Below, one piece after another: positions 12,783 to 24,695 of a stretch of DNA of 64,000 bases. The notes below the pieces were generated by a model. That model searched no databases. It had not been told where the DNA came from and worked only from the letters and a program-made list of their open reading frames with translations. The stretch is from Malacoraja senta (taxonomy: Eukaryota), in contig CM075995.1 in NCBI GenBank assembly GCA_038087875.1, forward strand, positions 2,606,001-2,670,000, in the 5' to 3' direction. The position numbers and the translations under genes are program-made. Within the stretch, counting starts at the first letter, position 1, and each line of letters starts with the position of its first letter.

Positions 12783-12930
12783 CACACCGTTGCAATGTAA
12801 GAAACATGACAATCGCTTTCTATTTAGCAAACTTCGATAAACAGAAATGTGACAATGATCCGATAATGGTTTTTCTTTCGATGATATTTAGGGAAAAATA
12901 CTAGCCAGGACACTGTACAAAATTCCCTTC
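12783..12930 (-). mobile_element. Ancient DeuSINE (SacSINE1/AmnSINE1-like) Deu-domain remnant
   Basis: caatgtaagaaac..aaacagaaatgtgacaatgatccgataat..agggaaaaatactagccaggacac resembles the reverse complement of the Deu domain as I recall it. Not aligned computationally. Confidence 0.6.
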
Positions 12931-13129
12931 CCACAAAAAGATCAAATCCAATTAGTCTAATTATTACTCCTCGCTAATCACCGACAATTATGAAAGGTGC
13001 CAACGACAGTGGGATCAAGTGGCATTTACTTTATAATAACCAACGTATCAAAGCTCAACTTGGGTTTCTTAAACCACCCGACTGAAGATCCTAAGACTGA
13101 GTCCAAACATGAATCCAAGAACTGAACTC

Positions 13130-13570
13130 TGGAGGTGAGAGTGATTGCCCTTGACATCAGGACCTCTGACCTCCCTACCATCGAGGGGATCTATCGCAGT
13201 CGCTGCCACAAAAAGGCTGCCGACATCATCAAGGATCCACACCATCCTGGCCACTCACTCATCTCCCCACTGCCTTCAGATAGAAGGTACAGGAGCCTGA
13301 AATCTGCAACATCCAGGTTCAGGAATAGCTACTTCCCCACAGCCATCAGGCTATTAAACTCAGCTCAAACAAAACTCTGAACATTAATAGCCCATTGCAC
13401 TTTATCTGATTATTTATGTGTGTATATATATATTCAATAGTATATGGTCACACTGATCCGTTCTGTATTTATTTATGCCTACTATATTCTGTTGTGCTGA
13501 AGCAAAGCGAGAATTTCATTGTCCTATCTGGGACACATGACAATAAACTCTCTTGAATCTTGAATCTTGA
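13130..13570 (+). mobile_element. Rex1/Babar-type LINE 3' end
   Basis: ORF 13135-13380 IIKDPHHPGHSL..LPSDRRYRSLK..RFRNSYFPTAIRLLN; AATAAA then a (TCTTGAA)n tail. Confidence 0.85.
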
Positions 13571-14141
13571 CAGCATTGATTGAGTGTGGCATCAAGCAGC
13601 CTTGGTACAATGAAATCCAATGGGAACCAACTCATGCTCAAATGGTGAGAGTCATCACCTGCACAAAGATTCACTGCAGAATGTATTCATTTGTTGATTT
13701 TTATCAAACAACACACTTAATCCAGTTAAAATATGCACTGAAATAGAGCACATTATGTTAATAGGATTCTAACAAAGAGAATTCTGTCATGGGTTCTACA
13801 ATTGGTCATTACCGAAGAGTGAATTTTCAGACAGTGAATATCAAGTGGTATCACCTTTTACATTGGATGCATATATAAAAGCATTCCTGATAAGCACAGC
13901 AATGGTTAGCAAGCATGCTGACAATTGGGTTGCAGTAGTGGGTGAGGCGAGGCAAGGACAGCTGCTTTCTCTTTTCATGGCAAGTCATTTTAATGAGCAA
14001 AATCAAAACATGCTTGCATCTATAGATTGCACCATTCGTTAATGCCAGGACCTGCTGAGATTCCAACATGGAAGTCTCAGTCTCCAAAATGCTGGAGTAA
14101 CTCAGCGGGACAGGCAGCATCTCTGGAGAGAAGGAATGGTT

Positions 14142-14169
14142 GACGTTTCGGGTCGAGACCCTTCTTCAG
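14142..14169 (-). ncRNA. Minimal hammerhead-ribozyme-like motif, consensus copy within PLE repeat 14085-14300
   Basis: Exact reverse complement of CTGAAGAAGGGTCTCGACCCGAAACGTC. Confidence 0.65.
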
Positions 14170-14439
14170 ACTGAGAGTCAGGAGAGAGGGAGTCTAGAGG
14201 TCTAGCAGGGTAAGGTGTGAAAACGACAGATCAAATTGTATGATGATAAGGAAATGTAGAATGGTAAACCAGCAACTGCAGTTCCTTCCTACAAAAACCA
14301 GCATCAACAGTTCCTTCCAGCCCAATAAGCTGGTGCGATCTATCACAGGTTGCCCAGCTGTCCCAGAAGGAAAGCTGCTGCTGAATCCGTGATTGTTTAA
14401 CCAAGAATTTCCACTCAAAGAATTAGTCTGAAGAAGTGC

Positions 14440-14752
14440 GGCACGGTGGCGCAGCGGTAGAGTTGCTGCCTTACAGCACTTGAAGCGCCAGAGACCTGGG
14501 TTCGATCCAGACTACAGGTGCTATCTGTGCCGAGTTTGTACGTTCTCCCCGTGACCGCATGAGATCTTCGATATCCTCCCACACTCCAAAGACGTATAGG
14601 GTTGTAGGTTAATTGGCTTGGTATATGTGTAAATTGTCCCTAGTGTGTTAATAATGGTGTTGGTGTGCAGGGATCATTGGTCGGTGCAGACTCGGTGGGC
14701 CGAAGATCCTGTTTCCGTGCTGTATCTCTAAACTAAACTAAACTAAAACTAA
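14440..14752 (+). mobile_element. HE1-like V-SINE, full length
   Basis: A box TGGCGCAGCGG, B box GGTTCGATCC, V-domain, (CTAAA)n tail. Confidence 0.9.
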
Positions 14753-14936
14753 AGAGTCCCAACCTGAAATATTCCCTCCCCAGATGCTGCCTGGCCTGCT
14801 AAGTTCTTCCAGCACTTTGTGTTTACTCAAGATTCCAGTATCTAGTCGCTTGTATCTCCAAACAAATAAGAGACATTGGCTCTCAGTAGAATCAGTTTGA
14901 GTTTGGTTTGTTGTCATGTGTACCGAGGTAGTGTAA

Positions 14937-15681
14937 AGGGCCTGTCCCACTTAGGCGATTTTTCAGCGGACTGCCGTCGAGTGACAAGTTCGCGGCACTC
15001 CCCTGATAAACCGGGAACTGGAACGCGACTGTCAGAGTGGAACGAAACACACACAAACACATCGCAAAGGCGGGGGCCAGGGAAAGCGGGGGGAGCGCTG
15101 TCTGAAATTCACACGGTGCAAAGCCAAGGTGATACAGACACACACCGCGATGAACAGGAAGGTTAAGACGGTAAGCACAGTGTTCTTTAAAAGAGGGGGG
15201 AGAAGGAGTGGAGACACTTTTAAGAAGCCAGACAACTTTTAATGCCAGAGATACACAGCTGTGAAGTTTAGCGGGCATTTAACATTACCGGTCGTTTTCC
15301 GTGGTTCTGAAAACACGTGCTTACGTTTTTTTCCCCCCAATGAGCCAATGAAAATGCCCGGTCAGCATAGGCGATTAACTAAAACTACTACGACTAGCTC
15401 GACTATCTATAACTACATGGTGCCCCATTACAACTGCACCTACCACTACAAAAGTATCAATTTTCTCCATGGCGACCAATTTTTGGCTGCAGAAAATTTT
15501 GCAACATGTTGAAAAATTTGTGGCGACTATACTGAGGCCACGACTAGTTCCCAGAATGCGGGAACTCCTCGCGACCATGAAGGAGACTCACCAGAGACCA
15601 CCAGCGACCATGTGGGGACCATGTGGCGAGCGCAGAGTCTCCTGCACTCGCCTTAAAAGTCGCCTAAGTGGGACAGGCCCT
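14937..15681. mobile_element. PIF/Harbinger-type non-autonomous DNA transposon (745 bp)
   Basis: TIRs AGGGCCTGTCCCACTTAGGCGA / TCGCCTAAGTGGGACAGGCCCT; TAA duplicated at 14934-14936 and 15682-15684. It interrupts a Rex/Babar-type 3' end whose empty site (agtgtaaagctt) is seen near 52244. Confidence 0.9.
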
Positions 15682-16489
15682 TAAAGCTTCTGTTACGTGC
15701 TAACCAGTCAGCGGAAGGACAATACATGATTACAATCAAACTGTTCACAGTGCACAGATACACAATAAAGGGAATGATGTGAATTACGTTTGGTGCAAGA
15801 TATAACCAGAAAAGTCCGTACAAAGATAGCCCGAGGGTCTCCAATGAGGCAGATAGTAGTTCAGCGCTGTTCTCTGGTTGTTGGAAGGATGGTTCAGTTG
15901 CCTGAATACAGCTGGGAAGAAATTGTTGCTGAGTCTGGAGGTGTGCGTTTTCACACTTCACCGGTGTGCTGTTATCACTTATTTTTAAAGTTAGTTTCAA
16001 TGATTTTAATTGATTTGTAGATAGACACAAAAAGCTGGAGTGAATCTCTGGAGAAGGAATGGGTGATGTTTCGGGTCGAGACTCTTCTTCAGACTGGATA
16101 GGGAAAAGGGAAACGAGAGATATACGCGGTGATGTGGAGAGATAAAGAATAATGAATGAAATATATGCAAAAAAGTAACGATGATAATGGAAAGAGGCCA
16201 TTGTTAGCTGTTTATGTGTAAGAAGGATCTGCAGATGCTGATTTAAACCGAAGATAGACACAAAAAGCTGGAGTAACTCTGGAGAGAAGGAATGTGTCTA
16301 AAGAAGGGTCTCGACCCGAAACGTCACCCATTACTTCTCTCCATAGATGCTGCTCCTGCTCAGTTAATCCAGCTTTTTGTGACAGCTTCATTGTTAGCTG
16401 TTTGTTGGGTGAAAACGAGAAGCTGGTGCGACTTGGGTGGGGGAGGGATAGAGAGAGAGGGAATGTCGGAGCTACCTAAAGTTAAATAA

Positions 16490-16680
16490 ATCAATATTCA
16501 TACCAATGGGCTGTAAGCTGCCCAAGCGAAATATGAGATGCTATTCCTCCAATTTGTGATTAGCCTCACCTAGGACAGAAAGGTCTGTGTGAGAATGGGA
16601 AGCAGAATTAAAGTGTTTAGCAACCGGGCGATCAGGTAGGTTCAGGCGGACTGAGCGAAGGTGTTCAGCGAAACGATCAT
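16490..16680 (-). pseudogene. Penelope-like GIY-YIG endonuclease C-terminal remnant
   Basis: DRFAEHLRSVRLNLPDRPVAKHFNSASHSHTDLSVLG, matching the copy at 37529-37801. Confidence 0.8.
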
Positions 16681-16956
16681 TTGTAGATGTGCTCTGAACT
16701 AGACAGAACAAGAGATGCGTGTGTGTGTGTGAGACCATTTATTGGTATATCTGACCAAGTGTAAACACAGTTAAGCCATGATGCCAGAAATCCCTGCAAG
16801 TGAACTGGTCAAGGAATAAAAGCTCTTGATCGACACAAGGTGCTGTAGTAGCTTAGCGGGTCAGGCAGCATCTCTGGAGAAAAGGAGCAGGTGACGTTTG
16901 TTGGAACCAGTAACCCTTCTTCAGATTGAGAGTCAGGGGGAGGGAAACAAGGGAGG

Positions 16957-17321
16957 GGTTGCGATGCTAGTTGAAGGTGGTTGCCGGAGGTTGCAGGTAG
17001 TGGAAGGTAAGACCACAACCTCCGGGTAGACCACAACTACCTGCAACCTCCGGCAACCACCTGCAACCTCCGGCAACCACCTTCAACTAGCATCGCAACC
17101 GGCTTCGACTAAAAAATTACCGATTTTTAAAATGGCAACCTATTTTTAGTCGCGGCCAGTTTTGAATTTTTTGAAATAATCACCGGAACATAGAAGAAGT
17201 GGAAACCACTTTCGACCATTAGGGAGACTGACAAAAACCTCCGGGAACCGCACGGAAACCTTGGGTGGGGCGCAAAGTCTCCAGAGGTTTCCGTTCAGGT
17301 TTCCTAAGTGGGACAGGGTCA
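16957..17321. mobile_element. Truncated Harbinger-type MITE with an internal palindrome
   Basis: Right end CCTAAGTGGGACAGGG followed by TTA; perfect 42-bp inverted arms at 16957-16998 and 17059-17100; left TIR absent. Confidence 0.65.
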
Positions 17322-18819
17322 TTAGTTGTTCGATAGACTCCTCACGAGAGGTGCTTTTAAGCTTTTTTTTAAACGTTAAAAGCATTAAAAATTTTGAAAC
17401 AAATAATTTTCATGCTTCTGCATTTCCAAACATACAGTGGCTCCAATTACATTGACAGCTTTCACAACATTTGTGCCTGGGGTTCGAGCCTCAGATAGGC
17501 TGTCGGCAAGGTTCTGAGATTCCAGCCAGTCACTTGTGCCAATTGTTCTTGTTCCAATGCCATGCTGGAACAAACAGCGTGGGTCGGAACAGGATGCCAG
17601 TGATTCTGGAGCAACAGAGGATCTGCCCTGTGGAGATGCTGATCTACCTAACCACAGAAGCTCAGAATGCAAGTGGATGTCTAGTTTTTCCAGAATGCAA
17701 CAAAGAGCTTTTATTCCTTATGTAGGAAGGAACTGCAGATCCTGGTTTATACCGAAGATAGACGCAAAGTGCTGGAGCAACGCAGCGGATCATGCAGCAT
17801 CTCTGGAGAAAGAGAACAGCTGACATTTCGGAGGTAGACACAAAATGCTGGAGTAACTCAGCGGGACAGGCAGCATCTCTGGAAAGAAGGAATGGGTGAC
17901 GTTTCGGGTCGAGAAGAAGAAGGGCGTGGAGGGAATTTTGTGCTATACCCCTACCCTGTATCTCAGCTTTACTGATATAGGCACAGGCACAAAATAAACC
18001 AGCTCGACGATCAGCGGTGAGTCTATCGATCAAGTTGGTAATCTATAGACTCATCGCTGATCGACGAGCTGGTTCCAACCAACGTCACCTGCTCCTTTTC
18101 TCCAGAGATGCTGCCTGACCCGCTAAGTTACTCCAACACCTTGTGCCTATCAAGAACTATTATTCCTTGACCAGTTGTTCACTTGCATGGATTTCTGTCA
18201 TCGTGTCTTAATTGTGTTTGCACTTGGTCATATATACCAATACATGGTCACACACACATCTCTTGTTCTGTCTAGTTCAGACCAAAGTGTACCGCAAAGA
18301 GGTTTAGCTTTAATTATTTTTTAACCTGCAGTAACACTTCAAACGTTAAAGGAAACTTGACTGCAAAGTTTTATATGACCTGAACTCACCCTGGCTATTA
18401 GTGATATTGCTATTTAATCATTACTCAACTTGGATAAAAAAAACAATATAGTTTAGCTATATATCACCAAAGAATTATTAAGTCTTTGCTCTCTAATTTA
18501 GCACAGGCTGTGCTCTAACTGGCCATTTTATTTACTCTTCATTTGCAGAGGCCATAAATACATAAATATGTTTCTACATCAGTGAATTATTTGCTAATAT
18601 AATCAGTTGACATGAAAGCTGCATTACCTTGTCCACCGCTTCAGTCCAATAATTCACAGATTTAGATGCTAGCATCTGGACCGCTAATACTTCTTAACCA
18701 AACAAATGCACTGTAAATCATTCCACTGATTTTAATCAAGCATTTAGAATTCTTGCCTTATGATTACTGCATCATGATGTGGGCTATCACCGTGCCCTTC
18801 TGCTTGGGTAGTGCAAGGA

Positions 18820-19314
18820 TACCAATCGGTGGTAGCCAGTGCCATCTTCTTCGCTGTTGTGTGCTGGGGCAGCAGGGCGAAGACCGCGGACGCCAATAGA
18901 ATCAACAAACTCATCAGGAAGGCTGTCTCCGTCCTGGGGGCAGAGTTGGATTCATAGGAGGTGGTCTTGGAGGGGAGGATGCTCCTCAAACTGCCGAGCA
19001 TCCTGGACAATACAGCTCACAACCCCTCCATGACACACTGGTCAACCTGAGGAGTACCTTCAGCCACAGACTGGTTCCACCGAGATGCAGTACAGAATGC
19101 CACAGGAGATCCCTTTTTCCCTGTGGCTACCAAACTGTACAACTCCTCCCCCTTCTGTCGTGGGGTAGACTGACTCATACCCCCCACCCAATATTCGCAC
19201 ATCTCCAATCCTTTCCACTCATCACTTTAATTTCATGTTTCATGTACCTTGTGTTTTATGACTGTTGGCAGATCAATTTCCCTCTTGGGATAAATAAAGT
19301 TCTATCGTATCGTA
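18820..19314 (+). mobile_element. Rex1-type LINE 3' fragment
   Basis: Translates as YQSVVASAIFFAVVCWGSRAKTADANRINKLIRKA; ends AATAAAGTTCTATCGTATCGTA. Confidence 0.8.
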
Positions 19315-21064
19315 AGGCAACAAGGCAAGGCCACCAACATAATCAAGGACCAGTCTCTCTCCGATCACTCCCTCTGTTCCCCTCTCCTATCAGGCAAGAG
19401 GTACAGAAGTACGTCTTTCTGACCCCATGACTTTAAGTTTGAAAACGCATGTCTCCAGATTCAGGAATAGTTCCTTCCCAGCAGTTATCAGGCAACTGAA
19501 TGGTCCTCTCATCAGCTACAGTATGGACCATACCTCCCATCTACCTCATTGGAGACCTTTGAATTATCTTTAATCAAACTTATTCGGACTTCATTTTATG
19601 GACAATTAAGCCAGGGGCAAGTTCCTGCTTACTTTCAGTCTCTCTAGTCCAGTCAGAATTATTATAGTGTCAGTTAGATCCTCTCTGATTCTTCTGAACT
19701 CAGGTGAATACAAAATGAGTCAAACTAACCTCTCCTCAAATGGCAGCTCCACCATAACAGGAACCAGTCCGGGAATCTTTCATTGCACTTTTATGGCAAA
19801 TGCATCTTCCATCAGTTCATCTTCAAAAGTAATTTGAGCAGAATTACACTGTTCGGCACATTGAGTCTGCTCTGCCATTCAATCATGGCTGATCTATCTT
19901 TCCGTCAAAACCCGTTCTCCTGCCTTAGACAATAGACAATAGGTGCAGGAGTAGGCCATTTGGCCCTTCGAACCAGCACCACCATTCAATGTGATCATGG
20001 CTGATCATCCCCAATCATTACTCCGTTCCACCCTTCTCCCCATATCCCCTGACTCCGCTATTTTTAAGAGCCCTATCTAGCTCTCTCTTGAAAGCATCCA
20101 GAGAACCTGCCTCCACCGCCCTCCGAGGCAGAGAATTCCACAGACTCACCACTCCTGTGAGAAAAAGTGTTTCCTCATCTAAATTCGGATTCAATTTATT
20201 ATCATTGTCTTCATTACGAGACAATGAAATACTATAAGGCTTATAATGACTTACTCCTTATTCTAAACTGTGGCCCTGGTTCTGGACTCCCCCAAAATCT
20301 GGAACATGTTTCCTGCCTTTAATGTGTCCAAATAATTATCAATTATTATAATTAAGCCTTCTTCCCATAACCTTTGATGCCCCTGACTGAAATCCGTCAA
20401 TCTTCGCTTTTAAAAATACTCAATGACTTGCCTCCACTTGCCTCTCTTTTACTCTCTATATATCTGAATAAGTGTTTGCTATCCTCTTTTATATTGACTA
20501 GCTTACCTCATATTTCATATTTTCCTTAGTGAGGAAACTAAAACTTCATGAGGTACCTGTGTGTGGTCTCACTGGAACTTTGTATAACCTGACAAGACAT
20601 CTTTAGTCCTGGAAAGGATTGAACCAGATGGTGAAAGAATATGGTGTTTACATAAAACTCAGATCAATTACTGTACTAAGGTTGAGATTCAGGTGAAATG
20701 TCAGTTGGCGCTTTTACAGAACGCACTTGGAGACATTCTATTTCAGAGTTTTACAAAATACTCTAGAATGTTTCAAAGGCCCAGCCACAGTAACCCTAAC
20801 AAAATAGTGAAGTGTAGGACACAAGTGAGCAGAAACCTCCAAACAGGAAGCAAATAAAATGTCAATGGCTTTAATAATATTACAAGGTGATCCAATGATA
20901 GACAGAAAAGGTGATTCCTCTTCTTTCTAATCTTTAAACTTTACTTTAGGATTTTTAGACCAACGATCACCCCAATACACGAACACTATTCTACACACTA
21001 GGGACAACTTATGGTGGGGGGAGAAGGTTAGAGAACTCATCCAAACAGGTATTAGAACTGTCTG

Positions 21065-21612
21065 AGTCATAAAGTCTAATAACGTGGAAACAGGCCCTTC
21101 AGCCCAACTTGCCCACATGTCCCATCTACCGTAGTCCCACCAGCCTGCATTTGGCCCATATCCCTCTTTCCTGTCCTATCCACGTACCTGTCCAAATGTT
21201 TCTTAAACGTTGCGATAGTACCTGCCCCAACTACCTCCTCCAGCAGTTCGTTCCATACATCCACCACCCAAAGGTTACCGCTCAGGTTCCTATAAATCTC
21301 CCCCCCCCCCCCCCCCACCAACCCTATGCGCTTTGGTTTCTCACTTCCCCTACTCCGGGCAAGAGACTCTGTGCGTCTACCCGTATCTATTCCTCTCATG
21401 ATTCTGTACACCTCTATAATATCACCACTCATCCTCCTGTGCTCCAAGGAATAGAGTCCTAGATTGCTCAACCTCTCTATAGCTCAGGCCCTCGAGTCCT
21501 GGCAACATCCTCGTAAATCTTCTCTGCACCCTTTCCAGCCTGACATCTTTCCTTTCACATGTTGCCCAGAACTGAACACAATACTCTAAATGCGGCCTCA
21601 CCAATGCTTTAT
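21065..21612 (-). mobile_element. HER1-like CR1 LINE 3' fragment
   Basis: ORFs LVRPHLEYCVQFW and LGLYSLEHRRMSGDIIEVY on the minus strand. Confidence 0.9.
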
Positions 21613-22794
21613 TGCCAAGATCTCCCACCTTTGTACTGTCACAACACTGAAGAAGCATAGAGATGAGCATTGGATCACCATTGTGACCATTAATGGGCAA
21701 TTATTGGTTGGCATGGACATGGTGCCGGCAAAAGTCTTTGTTTCCTGGAGACACAAGGAACTACAGATGTTGGAATCTTGTTTAAGTTAGTTTAGTTTAG
21801 AGATACAGGCCTTTTGGCCCACCGTGTCCACGCCAACCAGACTACACAAGTTCAACCTGCAACCTAGGGACAATTTACAGAAGCCAATTAAATCTACAAA
21901 CCTGCAAATCTTTGGAATGTGGAATGTTGGATTTTGTCTGTTTTGTAATGTGTTAAATATGTTTTTTAGTGTTCTTTAGCTTGTTTTATGTGGGCTCGAG
22001 GGGAGTTGGGGGAAACTTTTTCTTGACTTGACGTGACCTCGACGGAGATGCGATTTTCCCCGTATCGTATCTCTGTCCGCACTGCGGCCTAACATCGTGG
22101 AGTTTCATCGCTGGAGCCTGTGGGACTTACCATCACGGAGTTCGCAATCCCTTTCGGGGGCCGTCTTTGGGGCTCGAAATGTGGGAGCCTGTGGACTTTA
22201 ACATCGCGGAACCCGCGGTCTCTGGTTAGAGACCAACATTGGGGACTCCAAGCCACAGGAGTTTCGACCGCCCCGACACGGGAGTTTTGATCTCCCCGAT
22301 GCGGGGAGTTTTGATCTCCCCGATGCGGGGGCTTTGACTGCCGGCTTCTGGGGGCTTTGATCGCCCTGACTGTGGATGGTTCGACTGCCGCGACCGTGGG
22401 AGAATAAAGAGGAAGGAGATTGGACCTTATTGCCTTCCATCGCGTAAGGAATTTGGGGAATCTGCTGTGGTGGATGTTTATGTTAACTTTTTATGCAGTT
22501 GTGTGCTTGTTGCTTTTTTTAAAAATATGGCTGTATAGTTATTCAAATTTCACTTAATTGGTACACGACAATAAACTGACCTTGAAACCCGGAGAAATCC
22601 ACATGGTCACAGGAGAATGTACAAACTATGTATAGACAGCATCGGCGCTGAAAGGCAGGAACTCTACCGCTGCGGCACTGTGCTGCCCTTAACACGACAT
22701 GCTGGAGTAACTTAGTGGGTCAGGCAGCGTCTCTGGAGGACATGTATAGGCAACTTTTTCGGGTCGGGACCCTTCAGACTCTGTTGCTTTGCTG

Positions 22795-23227
22795 CATGGG
22801 CGGAAATCGCTTTTAAATATGGGGGGGGTCACAATGAGGCCTAACATCTAGGACAGGGGTCGGCAACCTATGGCCCACGGGCCGGATCTAGCCCGTAACC
22901 CGAAATTATCCGGCCTGCTGCATATTTTTTTTCAATTAGTTTTCGCGACCTAGAACTGCAGCCAGTCCCGGGTCACGCAGGGGACCTGGATGCTACAGTC
23001 AGTCCCGGGGCAAGTGAGCCGACCTGGGAACTGTAGCCAGACCTGGAGCAAGCGAGCCAACCTGGGTGCTACAGCTAGACCTGCCAGCCGACCTGGGCAT
23101 TACAGCCAGTCCCGGGGCAGACGACCCGACCTGGGACTGGCTGTAGCGCCCATGTCACAAAACATGGGGGGGATTGTCCCCCACCTCTCAAAACATGGGG
23201 GGGGACAGGCCAGGATTTCCGCCCATG
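22795..23227. mobile_element. hAT-type MITE containing a second hAT (Charlie-like) end and a minisatellite
   Basis: 14-bp TIR CATGGGCGGAAATC / GATTTCCGCCCATG; 8-bp flanks CTTTGCTG / CGTTGCTG (7/8 match); CAGGGGTCGGCAACC at 22854. Confidence 0.75.
22947..23135 (+). repeat. Degenerate minisatellite with a unit of about 37 bp
   Basis: About 5 units of gacctggg..ctacagccagtcccggggcaagcgagcc. Confidence 0.7.
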
Positions 23228-23994
23228 CGTTGCTGGATGACTCTACCATTGCCCAAGTGGGAAAGAGGGAAAGTGGGAAGGAGATGATTTTATTAGAAAC
23301 CTCAAATCCATGTATTGTAAGCACACAGATGCACTGCACAAATGAAAAGACGGGAGCACCAGATCACAAACTACCCAGCCTGTCAGGCAACACAATGCAG
23401 AATTGATAAAACCACAAGGTGTATTTGTGTAATGTTTCAAAATAATAATGGAGCGACTATTCATGTTGCATAGTTTAAGTTTTTTTGGAAGGTAAAATAT
23501 AAGCCAACTGCAAATGACTAAATATCACAATGCAAAGCAAGTACATACTTAAAATTTTACTGGCCATTAGTTATGAACGGAAAATTGATTTATTTGGGAA
23601 TCGATGTAACATTTTCTGTGAACATCCTTTCCATCAAAGTCATTCTTAAGCTTTATTGAGTCTCAAGGGTATTAAAATGTTTTGAAACAATGTATTGAGC
23701 TAGATTTGAGGCACAAGGAAAATCATTTTTGGACCATCCGTTCTGGCCAATGATCCTGTCAAATGTAATCCATTTTGTGATAATCTTAATTGCAGATTCA
23801 TTGAATTGCTAAGGTTTTCCACCAGTTTGAGTGGATTCTCCTTAACTTTCCTATAGTCATTACTAACCAATAATAAAATGGTATTCTTGGTAAATGTTAA
23901 AACCGCTACCGTTCCATCATATTATATTTTCTAATTGGCCAATAATCTTTGCTATAGATATACAAAGGCATTGGCAAATTAAATTTAATACCAA

Positions 23995-24695
23995 GGTATT
24001 GTTCAAGACGTTGATGAGGCCACATTTGGTGTATTGTGCTCATTTTTGGTCGCTCTTCCATAGATGTTGTTAAGCTGGAAAGAGTGCAGAGATTTATGAG
24101 ATCATTACCTTGACTTGAGGGGCTGATCTCTAGGGAGAGTTTGGGCAGGCTAGGACTTTATTCCTTGGAGCGCAGGAGGCTGAGGGCTGATTGGATTGAG
24201 GTGTGTAAGATCATGAGGGGAATAGACAATAGACAATAGGTGCAGGAGTAGGCCATTCAGCCCTTCGAGCCAGCACCGCCATTCAATGTGATCATGGCTG
24301 ATCATCCCCAATCAGTACCCCGTTCCTGCCTTCTCCCCATATCCCCTGACTCCGCGATTTTTAAGAGCCCTATCTAGCTCTCTCTTGAATAGATAGGGTG
24401 AATGCACGGAGACTTTTACCCAGGGTAGGGGAATCAAAAACCAGAGGACATAGGTTTAAGGTGAGAGGGCCAAGATTTAATATGAATCTGAAGGGCAGCT
24501 TTTCACACAGAGGGTGGTGATATATGGAACAAACTGCCTTTGGAGGTAGTTGAGGCAGCATTTAAAAGACACTTGGACAGGTACATGGGATGGGAAAGCT
24601 TTGGAGGGTAATGGGCCAAATGGGACATTTTGTTCAGCATGGATGAGTTGGGCCAAAGGGCCTTTTCCGTGCTGTGTAACTCCATGACTCTACTC
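23995..24695 (+). mobile_element. HER1-like CR1 fragment with a nested minus-strand CR1 tail (about 24221-24387)
   Basis: The host reads ..gagggGAATAGA|insert|GAATAGAtagggtgaatgc.. Confidence 0.85.

Noticed and set aside
14440..14520. tRNA gene
   Set aside because: The A and B boxes belong to the HE1 SINE head and continue into the V-domain; there is no cloverleaf or terminator.
17385..17725. Possible host exon in unique sequence
   Set aside because: Several short frames are open, but none resembles a known protein or has clear splice boundaries.
22947..23135. CRISPR-like array
   Set aside because: Adjacent degenerate units without unique spacers, no cas genes, and a vertebrate context.
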